From Candidatus Kerfeldbacteria bacterium (GTDB taxonomy: Bacteria > Patescibacteriota > Patescibacteriia > UBA9570 > XYC2-FULL-38-9), in assembly GCA_043813585.1 (NCBI GenBank), contig JBDRKW010000020.1:193185-257184 (forward strand): 64,000 nt of DNA, read 5' to 3'. The notes beneath the pieces are model-generated. The model made no database searches. It worked only from the letters and a program-made list of their open reading frames with translations, and had not been told where the DNA came from. This document shows, piece after piece, positions 1 through 11,384 of this stretch. The position numbers and the translations under genes were made by a program. Position 1 is the stretch's first letter. The number at the start of each line of letters is the position of its first letter.

Positions 1-312
1 TCGGAGAACCGGTCTGGGACGAAGAAGTGCAGAAGTAGCAGACCGCATATCCTAGGCAGCGGTTACGGCGCGGGGACCGCGATCAGTATCGTGCCCCGAT
101 GGGACCGATGCAAGCGGCGCTTCGGCGCTAAACCCCGCGATGCTAAACGGGCGCTAGCCACTGGCTGGGTCAAAGACCCGGGCGATGCGCATACTGCACG
201 ACGTACGCTCGATTCGTCGAGCACCCGCCGCCTTCGCACTCCGGTAGGTCGAACAACTTGGCTCCACGACCTACCTACTAAAGAAGAGCATCCATGCGAT
301 GGTCTTTTTTAG

Positions 313-876
313 TTACCAGGGAGAATCCTTCAGTTTGAGCCAATAGCCGATATGATTTACGAGAATATGAAACACCGGTCCCACAAGAATAATAATCACC
401 CACATCACCCATGTCAGGTCAAAAAAGAGCATCGCAACCAACGCAGCACCGATCGCGAAATCCAGCTGATCGAACGGAAACCAGGACTGGCCCGGCTTGA
501 CGCTCACACGCCGTTTAAAGAAGGATTTAATCAAGTCGCCGATAATCGCGCCCGCTCCAAATACAAACCCAAACCATATTGGGGCTGTTGTAATATCAAA
601 GGGAGCCCAGCCTCTCATTGATGGGAAGTAATACGTCAACACATACTGCAGGATAAAAATCACGCCGCCAAATAGAACTGCAACAAGCATGCCCCGCCAT
701 GTCTTATGGTTGCCAAACAGCGGCCTTCCTCTGAACGTGCGCCCGCCGTCAATGGGTATTGCCAACGATTTGAATTTATCCTTAAACAATACCGGCGCCA
801 TATTTGCCACGCCTGCAGGCAAAAACAGCCAAAACATCTTGGCAATAAGCGTAAGGAACTCGAGTAACGTTGTCAT
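313..876 (-). CDS. CarS-like (CDP-archaeol synthase / DUF46 family) integral membrane cytidylyltransferase
   Basis: 187 aa, ~5 TM helices, motif 'PIDGGRTFRGRPLFGNHKTWRGM' resembling the CarS/CdsA-like signature; size matches CarS (~170-190 aa). Confidence 0.5.
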   Translation of the reverse strand: MTTLLEFLTLIAKMFWLFLPAGVANMAPVLFKDKFKSLAIPIDGGRTFRGRPLFGNHKTWRGMLVAVLFGGVIFILQYVLTYYFPSMRGWAPFDITTAPIWFGFVFGAGAIIGDLIKSFFKRRVSVKPGQSWFPFDQLDFAIGAALVAMLFFDLTWVMWVIIILVGPVFHILVNHIGYWLKLKDSPW

Positions 877-882
877 GACCGT

Positions 883-2997
<2,115 letters not shown>

Positions 2998-3048
2998 TTA
3001 TCGGATCTCTGCAAGTGCTAAAAAGTACTATTTTTTAGCTAACCTTAG

Positions 3049-5415
3049 CTACTTGTAACGCAGCTGTGCACCGATTTTTTTCTTCAAAATATCGAACAGT
3101 TGTTCGCGCCATTTTTCCACCTCTTCCATCTCGAGCGTACGTTCATCTGACTGCAAAATGACGTGGAACCCGATGCTCTTTTTTCCTTCCTGAATATTCT
3201 TCCCCTGGTAGATATCAAACACCTCAATGCCCGCAACCCAATTATTGCCATGCTTCTGGACCACTTCTTCAATTTCTTTCCATGGAACGGCCTCATCTAC
3301 GATCAACGACAAATCAAGCGTCACTGGTGGAAATTGAGGTATCGGCTGAATTGGCGATGCATCTTTCATGGCGCCCGCCATCACTTCAACGGATATCGAC
3401 ACAAACGCCGTTTCTTTATGTATGCCAAGCTGATCTGCAATAATGCTGTCTATTACACCCGCCGTGCCAATAACCTCTTTGCCCAGATCAAATCGCAGCG
3501 CCCGATTCCCCTCATACATATTCCAATACGGACATGGAGCGGTCTGATCAATGTAATGTTCAGAGTGAACAATATGCAATGATCGGAGCAATCGTTCTGC
3601 AATTGCTCTTGCTCGCCTGTACGGTAGTTCGCTGCCGGAGATGACAATACCCAGCTGTACAACCTCCTTATCCTTAAAATAGCAGTGTCCGATCTCAAAA
3701 AACTGAAGATCTGGTTTTAACGCCTGGTTCAAAACGACATTTTCCAGCATTCGGGGAATCAGTGTTGTGCGCAGGAACTGCTGATCCGCTGACAGCGGGT
3801 TGCTCAATTCAATATGCTCTATGTCCGTATCTAACTCGACCGCCGCAATTAGATCAGCGCCATAAAACGAATAATTTTGCACCTCAGAGCAACCTAGCGC
3901 CCGTAATTCATCCCTGATTCGCTGCCCCGCGCGAACTTCCGGCTGGATATCAGGGACCTTCAAAATTCCTTCAAGCACCTGCTCCTCGATATTATTCACC
4001 CCGTACAACCGAACGACTTCCTCAATGATATCTTCGGGCGTCTGCAAATCTTTCCGAAACCACGGCGGAGTGATTTTGAACAAACCTTCTTTCCCCTTCT
4101 TCAGCAATACTTTGCACTCTAACCGTTCCAGTAATTCCTTGACCTCTTTTTTTACAAAACCATGCCCTGTAAGCCGTTCGAGTTCTTTCAAAGAAAGATC
4201 GACGGTCCATTTCTTTTGAGGTGCGGGATAGAAATCCGTCATGCTCTTGACGTTCGCTCCTGCGTGCTCCTGCAGTAGCTCTATCGCACGCTGTACGGCA
4301 ACACCCGCCAACTCAGGTGAAACGCCTTTCTCCCAACGCAGGGCCGATTCCGTACGGACGCCGATAGATTGAGCCGCTTTTCGGATAAGGAGGGGCTCAA
4401 AATTTGCCGCCTCCAACACAATCCGTTTCGTTGCATCGCTTACGCCGCTTTCCTTCCCGCCTATGACGCCGGCAATTGCCATTGGCTGCTTGTTGTCGGC
4501 AATGACAAGAATGGAAGGATCAAGCTTCTTCTTTTCGTGGTCTAACGTGGTGATGGATTCGCCTTTCTTGGCGCGGCGCACATGAATCTGATTGCCTGCT
4601 ATCTTTTCTGCATCAAACACATGCGTTGGTTCGCCATATTCGAGCATGACATAGTTCGTAATGTCGACAACGTTGTTAATCGATTTTACGCCGCAGGCCT
4701 GGAGACGGTTTGCAATGAATTCCGGGCTTTTCCCGACGGTTACATCCATTTCTACCGCAATGTAGCGCGGACAATCAGACGCATCGTCAATCTTGACTGG
4801 ATATTTCTTTTTTACCGTTGGACCTTTCTTTAACTTTGGAAATACCTTCTTGCCGTCAAACACCGCGGCAATTTCGCGCGCCATTCCAATATGTGAAAAA
4901 AGGTCTGAACGGTGCGTCATTGACTTATTATCAATATCAACCAGCGTTTCACCAGATGGAATCAAGGAGATAATGCTCGTGCCGTTATTTTCTGAAGGAT
5001 TAAAGAGGTGTATGCGGTCTTTCCGGTCCAAAATACCAATCTCTGAATTCAAACAGCACATGCCTTGAGAAACTTCACCGCGCATTTTGCGCTCCTTGAT
5101 CTTAAAATTGCCGGGCAGGACAGTCGGCGCCAGCGCCACCGGGATTTTATCTCCAACATGCAACTCCGCCACTCCTCCAAATATGATCTGTCGGGGTTGT
5201 TTCTCACCCACATTAAATATTCCAATGTTCAAAGAATCTGCATTGGGATGCTTTTTGACCTCCAGTACCTCTCCAACAACAATATTTCCAAGGTCATCAC
5301 TGCTCTCAATCACCTCTTCAACCTCAACAGCATGCAGCGTTAATTCATCCTTCAACTTCTCCGGCTCCGGTATTGAGGGGACATATTCTTTTAACCACTC
5401 GTAGGAAAATATCAT
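3049..5415 (-). CDS. pheT: phenylalanine--tRNA ligase beta subunit
   Basis: 788 aa bacterial-type PheT; N-terminal tRNA-binding fold, B3/4 and B5 domains; lies directly after pheS. Confidence 0.93.
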   Translation of the reverse strand: MIFSYEWLKEYVPSIPEPEKLKDELTLHAVEVEEVIESSDDLGNIVVGEVLEVKKHPNADSLNIGIFNVGEKQPRQIIFGGVAELHVGDKIPVALAPTVLPGNFKIKERKMRGEVSQGMCCLNSEIGILDRKDRIHLFNPSENNGTSIISLIPSGETLVDIDNKSMTHRSDLFSHIGMAREIAAVFDGKKVFPKLKKGPTVKKKYPVKIDDASDCPRYIAVEMDVTVGKSPEFIANRLQACGVKSINNVVDITNYVMLEYGEPTHVFDAEKIAGNQIHVRRAKKGESITTLDHEKKKLDPSILVIADNKQPMAIAGVIGGKESGVSDATKRIVLEAANFEPLLIRKAAQSIGVRTESALRWEKGVSPELAGVAVQRAIELLQEHAGANVKSMTDFYPAPQKKWTVDLSLKELERLTGHGFVKKEVKELLERLECKVLLKKGKEGLFKITPPWFRKDLQTPEDIIEEVVRLYGVNNIEEQVLEGILKVPDIQPEVRAGQRIRDELRALGCSEVQNYSFYGADLIAAVELDTDIEHIELSNPLSADQQFLRTTLIPRMLENVVLNQALKPDLQFFEIGHCYFKDKEVVQLGIVISGSELPYRRARAIAERLLRSLHIVHSEHYIDQTAPCPYWNMYEGNRALRFDLGKEVIGTAGVIDSIIADQLGIHKETAFVSISVEVMAGAMKDASPIQPIPQFPPVTLDLSLIVDEAVPWKEIEEVVQKHGNNWVAGIEVFDIYQGKNIQEGKKSIGFHVILQSDERTLEMEEVEKWREQLFDILKKKIGAQLRYK

Positions 5416-5417
5416 AG

Positions 5418-6461
5418 CTAAAACTGTTCAAGAAATCTGATGTCATTCTGCATGAACATGCGAATGTCAGGAATACCGTACAGAAGCATGGCAAGCCGCG
5501 TTAATCCAAACCCGAACGCAAACCCGGTGTATTTGCGCTCTTCATACCCTGCGGCCTTAAATACATTCTGATTGATCATTCCCGAACCGGCAACTTCTAT
5601 CCAGCCGGTATGTTTGCAGACGCTGCAGCCCTTCTGGCCGCAAAACGGGCACGAGACCTCCGGTTCATAACTTGGTTCCGTAAATGGAAAATAACCCGGA
5701 CGCAACCGCACCTTAATATCGGAACCAAACAACTGGCGGAACAGTTCCTGCATCGTCCATTTCAGATGCCCGATCGTAATATTCTCATCAACGACAAACC
5801 CCTCTAGCTGGTAAAACGTATGTTCGTGCGAAGCGTCGGTTGCTTCGTTCCTAAACGTTCGCCCGGGGATGATGCAGCGCAGCGGCGGTTCATTCTGCTC
5901 CATGATCCGTACTTGCATATTGGACGTATGCGTCCGCATGAGCCACTTTGTATTATCGAGTTGCCGTCGCTCCTTCCGTGTGATTGCATCTTTCACGAAA
6001 AACGTATCCTGGATATCGCGCGCAGGATGTCCTGGCGGAAAATTCAGCGCCTCAAAGTTGTAATAATCGCTTTCCAGTTCAGGCCCTTCATAAATCATGT
6101 ATCCCATGGACCTGAAAATATCCATCAACAATGTATTGATCTGTGAAATCGGATGAATATGCCCTTGTTCAAGCGGTAGTCCAGGCAGAGTAATATCCGT
6201 TTCAGTAACAACAGCTCCTTTGCTGGCTTTTTCTGCCGAATCAAGCTCCTGCTCCATCTTCTTCTTGGCATTGTTTGCAAGAGGGCTAATCTCGCGCTTA
6301 TCCTCTATCGGAAGGTCCTTCAACATGCGAAGAATCGCGTTCAGTTTCCCCGCTTTGCGTCCCAAATATTCAACACGCACCTTTTCAACTTCTTCCGGCG
6401 AAGAGGCACGTTTAATATCTTTTGTGAACTCCTCCAACAGATGCTCAATCTTTTTCTTCAT
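5418..6461 (-). CDS. pheS: phenylalanine--tRNA ligase alpha subunit
   Basis: class II motifs 'FRNEATDASHEHTFYQLEGF'; start chosen at internal Met (MKKKIEHLLEEF), since PheS normally begins with the coiled-coil; the ORF-track start at 6554 would overlap the upstream gene. Confidence 0.88.
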   Translation of the reverse strand: MKKKIEHLLEEFTKDIKRASSPEEVEKVRVEYLGRKAGKLNAILRMLKDLPIEDKREISPLANNAKKKMEQELDSAEKASKGAVVTETDITLPGLPLEQGHIHPISQINTLLMDIFRSMGYMIYEGPELESDYYNFEALNFPPGHPARDIQDTFFVKDAITRKERRQLDNTKWLMRTHTSNMQVRIMEQNEPPLRCIIPGRTFRNEATDASHEHTFYQLEGFVVDENITIGHLKWTMQELFRQLFGSDIKVRLRPGYFPFTEPSYEPEVSCPFCGQKGCSVCKHTGWIEVAGSGMINQNVFKAAGYEERKYTGFAFGFGLTRLAMLLYGIPDIRMFMQNDIRFLEQF

Positions 6462-6897
6462 CGATCCGTCTATGTTGCTTAGTGCGTCGTTTTGTTGATG
6501 CTTGTTTTTTCTGAACACGGGCTTCGAGCGATCGTGCAAGGAAAAATCCTTCAAAAATAGTCAGGCCAATCACCAATAGCAGCGTCATCCACCATGCCAG
6601 AAGCTCCTGACTGACTAAAAAAAGCGTTAAACAGAGCAACACGGCAAACCACAGAGCCTGTCGAAGCGAGGTGCCGATATATTTAAACGGAACAACGTTG
6701 CGTAAAAATATATATCGAACGGTAAATCCAAGTAAACTCAGCGTCCCCCATAGGGAAAAGAACAATGACACAAAAAACAACAGTAGGCCAATAATTCCGC
6801 CTGAATACGGATCAATCTGGAAAAGAACGATAATAAACGCCGCCCAGCAAATGAGCGTCGTTATCGCCATCGTGATCAAATATCTGCGTAATGTCAT
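6445..6897 (-). CDS. hypothetical small membrane protein with basic C-terminal tail
   Basis: 150 aa, 4 predicted TM helices, C-terminal 'KKQASTKRRTKQHRRIDEEKD'; no recognisable family. Confidence 0.4.
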   Translation of the reverse strand: MTLRRYLITMAITTLICWAAFIIVLFQIDPYSGGIIGLLLFFVSLFFSLWGTLSLLGFTVRYIFLRNVVPFKYIGTSLRQALWFAVLLCLTLFLVSQELLAWWMTLLLVIGLTIFEGFFLARSLEARVQKKQASTKRRTKQHRRIDEEKD

Positions 6898-6939
6898 AAT
6901 CTGCGCATACTATAACATTTTTTTCGCGATGTTGCGACT

Positions 6940-9900
6940 TTATGACGAACGATATTCACAGATATCGCTATAATCGCAGTACTTGCAGTTGAATCCGGGG
7001 TTTGGCTTGAAGTCTCCCTTTAAAATGAGTTTGGCATTTTTATCAATCCAGTCCTCGACCTTAGACAGCTTCTTTTCATCAAACTCCTCTGAAATTGTTT
7101 TATTCTCTTCAATGTAATAATACGTGAGCTTCACGGGTTCAAGTTCAAACACGTCCTTTAGCGCTGCAGCATACACATACAACTGCTCGAGATCACGCTT
7201 TCCGGATTTTGGAAACGGCCCGGTCTTATAATCAATAATCTCAACGCCACCATCGACGTTATCAACACGATCAATAACGCCCTTTACTGTATATTTGCCG
7301 ATCTCGACGGTAAACCCCTGTTCCAGATGTGTCACCTCGGGCCAGTCCTCTACATGCAATCCGTAAAACTGCGTGAGGGCATCCTTGCCTTTTTTGTAAT
7401 AGTCATACCGGTTGTCGTTGCTTAAATACCATTCATCAATCCATTTCTCGTCATATATTTCGATCAAATCCTCCAATGAAGGTATTGATGGTGCCTGGAT
7501 TGTATCATTATCTTCAAACAATCCTGTTTGCTGTATCTCACTGCTTTCCTTCATGCGGCGGAAAAATTCATAGAGCGTGCTATGCATCGACTTCCCGAAC
7601 GAAAAACTTGGCTTGCCGGGCGTGGGTAAATGAAGGACGAAGCCAAAACGATACTGCCATGGGCACGTTTCGAAGGCCTTCAGCTGGGAAAAACTGTACT
7701 TCTTCGGACAATGCATCACATTATTTTTTGATTTCTTTGTCGGCCGCTTATCTTTTTCGAAAATCACATCTCCGGTCGGTTCTGGCTTTGTATCCGCAAA
7801 ACCTGCTTCCACAAGAAAACGTGACAGCTTCTTCCGGCGAGCGCCGCCGTAATCTTCACCGCTCGTCAGGTACAGGCCGCTTTTTGCGCGCGTCATTCCA
7901 ACGTAGAAAAGCCGGCGTTCCTCCTCAAGATGCCAATCCCCTTCCGGCACCATATCTTTCACAAGTTCATCCGGAATAAGGATCGGTTCCTTGCGCTGGG
8001 TTGTCGGGAAGCGCTTATCCACAAGGTTCGCTATAAACACATATTCAAATTCCAGGCCTTTTGCCGAATGAACGGTCATGAGTTTCACGGACTCCGGACC
8101 ATCATCCATGTCCGGCTTTAACCGGCCTTCCTCCCCTGACTCAATCATCGCGACCAGTTCATTCACAAACAGATGAACGGTCTTTTCCGTATGCGACCGT
8201 TCAAACGCCTCAATATATTTGAAGAATTGGTTAATATACAGTACCTGCTCTGTTGCCAGCGGCTCCTCGAGTTCTGCCATATACTGCAAATAGCCTGAAT
8301 CACGGAGCATAGACAGCGAGATTTCACCGACCGTTTTATAGCTTGCTTCATGCGACGAAGAACTGATAAGCGCCATGAGCTTTTCTACTGACTCGTACGT
8401 TTTGTCATCAAGTTCCTTCACAGCACGTATTGAACCGCAAATGTCATAGAGCGACCGCGTCCGCTTCTTTGCCTTTTTTGTGATTGTTGCAATATCCTTT
8501 TGCGGCATTTTCCATACCGGCGAAGATAACAACCGATACATCGTATTCGCGTCATGCACATCATCGATGATTCTCAAAAAAGCAATCGTATCCAGCACGA
8601 CCGGTTTTGCAAACAGGCCACGGGAGGCAAGAAATTGGTACGGGATATTTGCCCGCTCCAAATACGGGATAAACGTGTCCGCATGGTCATTGGCGCGCAC
8701 TAAAATGGCAAAGTCGCTCCATGACAATTCAGGGTAGGCGTTTTTCAGTTCCAGAATTTTATCCTTAACCAGCACCGCCTCTCCTTCAAGCGATGTGCTG
8801 TGAAGGTGCTCAACCACGCCTGTGCCTTTGACGTTGCTCTCCAGTTTCTTTTTTATCTTCATCGTCTGTTCCAGGCGGTTCGGGTTGTTATGCTGGATAA
8901 AATCGTACGCGACATCCAAAATTTCCTGCCGCGAACGATAATTTGTAAGCAATGATACCTTCTTCGCCTTTGGAAAGTCTTTCTGGAATATCAAAATATT
9001 GCTCATGGACGCGCCGCGGAAATGGTAAATGGACTGGTCGTCATCGGCAACAACAGTGAGGTTGTTTTTCGGTGCGGCAAGCATCTTTATCAGATCATAC
9101 TGCGCAAAATTCGTATCCTGGAACTCGTCAACGAGAATATATTTGAATTTGTTCCGATACAACTCTAATAATGCAGGACGTTCATTAAATAAATGGATAG
9201 TTTCAACAATGAGATCGCCAAAATCCATTGCATTGTTTTCATACAGCAAGTCCTGGTACCTCTTGTATGCTTTTGCAACTTCCATGATCCGCTGTGCTTC
9301 CGCAGCCGCTTTCTTCTGCTCATCGTCCATGCCCTTCTTTGATTTCTTATGGGTCGAATCAGAATCCAGCTGCAGCTTCTCCGCATATTCAAGGTACTGC
9401 GCCGGCGTGATGTCCTCGTCCTTCAATCGAGAAAAATGACTAATAAGAGCCTGCACGAACTTTGTCGGGTTTCCCTTCGGCTTATAATAGTCCAGTTCAA
9501 ATGAATCCAGGTTGTCGCGGACTAAAAGCCACTGCTGCGTATCCGTCAATAGAAGCGATTCATTGGACAGACCGGCATCCAGTGCATGGTCGCGCAGGAT
9601 CCGTTCGCCAAAAGCGTGGAAGGTTGAAATCCAAAAATCAAAATACCCCATTGGAAGCAGCGCGCCGACTCGTTCTTCCATCTCGCCGGCTGCTTTTTCC
9701 GTAAACGTCAGCGCGAGAATTTCGTCAGCTGTAGCCTTTTCCTGTTCAATGAGATACGCAATGTGGCGGGTAATCACCGTTGTTTTTCCCGTGCCGGCGC
9801 CGGCAATTATAAGCTGCGGACCCGCATTATGGGTTACCGCTTTTTTTTGCTCGGGGTTCAGCCCGTCCAGGATGTCGAGGTCGTGTTTGAATATTGACAT
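6940..9900 (-). CDS. UvrD/PcrA-family helicase fused to C-terminal Cas4/AddB-like Fe-S PD-(D/E)XK nuclease
   Basis: Walker A 'AGAGTGKT' and UvrD motifs in the N-terminal 650 aa; C-terminal 'FETCPWQYRF ... IIDYKTG ... EQLYVYAAAL ... CKYCDYSDIC' gives a RecB-type nuclease core with a 4-Cys cluster; start set at MSIFKHDL, making a TAATG stop/start overlap with the upstream gene. Confidence 0.85.
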   Translation of the reverse strand: MSIFKHDLDILDGLNPEQKKAVTHNAGPQLIIAGAGTGKTTVITRHIAYLIEQEKATADEILALTFTEKAAGEMEERVGALLPMGYFDFWISTFHAFGERILRDHALDAGLSNESLLLTDTQQWLLVRDNLDSFELDYYKPKGNPTKFVQALISHFSRLKDEDITPAQYLEYAEKLQLDSDSTHKKSKKGMDDEQKKAAAEAQRIMEVAKAYKRYQDLLYENNAMDFGDLIVETIHLFNERPALLELYRNKFKYILVDEFQDTNFAQYDLIKMLAAPKNNLTVVADDDQSIYHFRGASMSNILIFQKDFPKAKKVSLLTNYRSRQEILDVAYDFIQHNNPNRLEQTMKIKKKLESNVKGTGVVEHLHSTSLEGEAVLVKDKILELKNAYPELSWSDFAILVRANDHADTFIPYLERANIPYQFLASRGLFAKPVVLDTIAFLRIIDDVHDANTMYRLLSSPVWKMPQKDIATITKKAKKRTRSLYDICGSIRAVKELDDKTYESVEKLMALISSSSHEASYKTVGEISLSMLRDSGYLQYMAELEEPLATEQVLYINQFFKYIEAFERSHTEKTVHLFVNELVAMIESGEEGRLKPDMDDGPESVKLMTVHSAKGLEFEYVFIANLVDKRFPTTQRKEPILIPDELVKDMVPEGDWHLEEERRLFYVGMTRAKSGLYLTSGEDYGGARRKKLSRFLVEAGFADTKPEPTGDVIFEKDKRPTKKSKNNVMHCPKKYSFSQLKAFETCPWQYRFGFVLHLPTPGKPSFSFGKSMHSTLYEFFRRMKESSEIQQTGLFEDNDTIQAPSIPSLEDLIEIYDEKWIDEWYLSNDNRYDYYKKGKDALTQFYGLHVEDWPEVTHLEQGFTVEIGKYTVKGVIDRVDNVDGGVEIIDYKTGPFPKSGKRDLEQLYVYAAALKDVFELEPVKLTYYYIEENKTISEEFDEKKLSKVEDWIDKNAKLILKGDFKPNPGFNCKYCDYSDICEYRSS

Positions 9901-11381
9901 TATTGTACTATTTGAATTTTTCTTACCCAACCATGGTTTGCGTTTACCTCGATCTGGTCGCCGTCTTTAAACACGGAGGTCGCAATTTTTGTTCCAATTA
10001 TGCACGGGATGCCCAGTTCCCGGCTGACAATCGCTGCATGGCTTGTGACGCCGCCCTCGTCAGTAACAATCGCCGCCGCTTTTTTCATCGCAGGCACATA
10101 ATCCGGTCGCGTCATTACCGCAATTAATATATCCCCATGTTCCACTTTGCCCATCTCTGTCGCCGAACTCACGATTCTAGCCGTGCCAGTTGCCTTTCCT
10201 GTTGATGCTGACAGACCACGGATATCCTGGATTTCATCTTTTGTATCCTCGCCAAACATCATCTCATGGACCCGTTTTGCTTCATCTCCGGTCTTGATAA
10301 TTGTATTATCCCGCGTCCAAATGAAAACACAAAACTCGCGACGAGCTTTAAGTTCATTAACAGAAGGCTTCTTTTCCTTTACCAATGAATCAATCTCAGG
10401 CCAAAAAGCATACTTCATCGGCTCAACCGGAAAACCAATACGTCTGCTAATCTCCTCGAGTAGCTTAGAACCCATGTGAATATTTAAATAAGTGGCCTTT
10501 TTGCGCTCATCCTGCCACCATGTGAAGTCTTCAGAAATTTTAAGTAGCGTCAGAAGATGTTGGGACAGGTCCAGCTCATTAAGTAAATCCTGCTTCTGTT
10601 GCTTATTTTTATCAGGAGTGGATTCTATCCGACGCATCTCTTCATTAAGATCTTTTCCGCTCTCATTCCATGAATCAATTTCTTCTTGAAAATGGTCAAC
10701 TGATAGCTCTTGTGCGAGAACGTAATTATTGTTCGTCCAAAAATACTGCTTCTGATAATCTTCGAGGCTCTGGTCAGATTTTCCGGTTGCTATCTTTAAC
10801 AAATCAATTTCGGCCTGATTTATAAAGGATAGGTGCACTGGAGCGGTTGCTGTAGAGAAAATCCTAGTAAAGTCGGACTTGCGTTCCGGCGCGCCGACTT
10901 CCTCTTGCAACATATCGCTGATAAGCAGGTCTGTTCCTAGAGCAAAATGATCAATAATTGATGATGATGTTGCTCGGTTACTAAATAACGTTGCAATACG
11001 GCTCCACAACCCAGCTAATTCGTCATTTGACAACTCGACAAGTTGAATCAAGGAAAACTCCTTTTGATAAAAACGTTTAAATTCATCTTCATCCTCTTTC
11101 CAATTCGCAAGAAGCTTGGTCGAAATGTCGGTATTATCCTTGGCAAGATCGCTAAGTACCTGGGCACCCCTATTAATATCTGCCATATCCAAATACCAAT
11201 CAGCCTTCCCGTCACTAAAAAAACAGACGCGGATATCTGCTTCTGTTCCCGCTGGCTTTCGATCTTCTTGTTTCAACTCTGCCTCTGCAATGGAATAAAT
11301 AAACAGCGGCGACCCATCAAACCGCTGGCGATACCATTTTTTGTTTGAAATCGCTGATGTGACGTCAGGAGGCAATTCCAT
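9900..11381 (-). CDS. PEP-utilising enzyme mobile (swivel His) domain protein
   Basis: 493 aa; C-terminal 'GGVTSHAAIVSRELGIPCIIG' is the phosphohistidine swivel domain of PEP synthase/PPDK/rifampin phosphotransferase-type enzymes; no canonical ATP-grasp recognised in the N-terminal part. Confidence 0.6.
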   Translation of the reverse strand: MELPPDVTSAISNKKWYRQRFDGSPLFIYSIAEAELKQEDRKPAGTEADIRVCFFSDGKADWYLDMADINRGAQVLSDLAKDNTDISTKLLANWKEDEDEFKRFYQKEFSLIQLVELSNDELAGLWSRIATLFSNRATSSSIIDHFALGTDLLISDMLQEEVGAPERKSDFTRIFSTATAPVHLSFINQAEIDLLKIATGKSDQSLEDYQKQYFWTNNNYVLAQELSVDHFQEEIDSWNESGKDLNEEMRRIESTPDKNKQQKQDLLNELDLSQHLLTLLKISEDFTWWQDERKKATYLNIHMGSKLLEEISRRIGFPVEPMKYAFWPEIDSLVKEKKPSVNELKARREFCVFIWTRDNTIIKTGDEAKRVHEMMFGEDTKDEIQDIRGLSASTGKATGTARIVSSATEMGKVEHGDILIAVMTRPDYVPAMKKAAAIVTDEGGVTSHAAIVSRELGIPCIIGTKIATSVFKDGDQIEVNANHGWVRKIQIVQ

Positions 11382-11384
11382 TGC

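Noticed and set aside
91-312. 73-aa plus-strand ORF (GTG start) MPRWDRCKRRFGAKPRDAKR...
   Set aside because: The Arg-rich, low-complexity product has no recognisable fold and the region is full of stable hairpins. I treat it as noncoding or structured RNA, or the tail of an unseen upstream gene, rather than an independent CDS.
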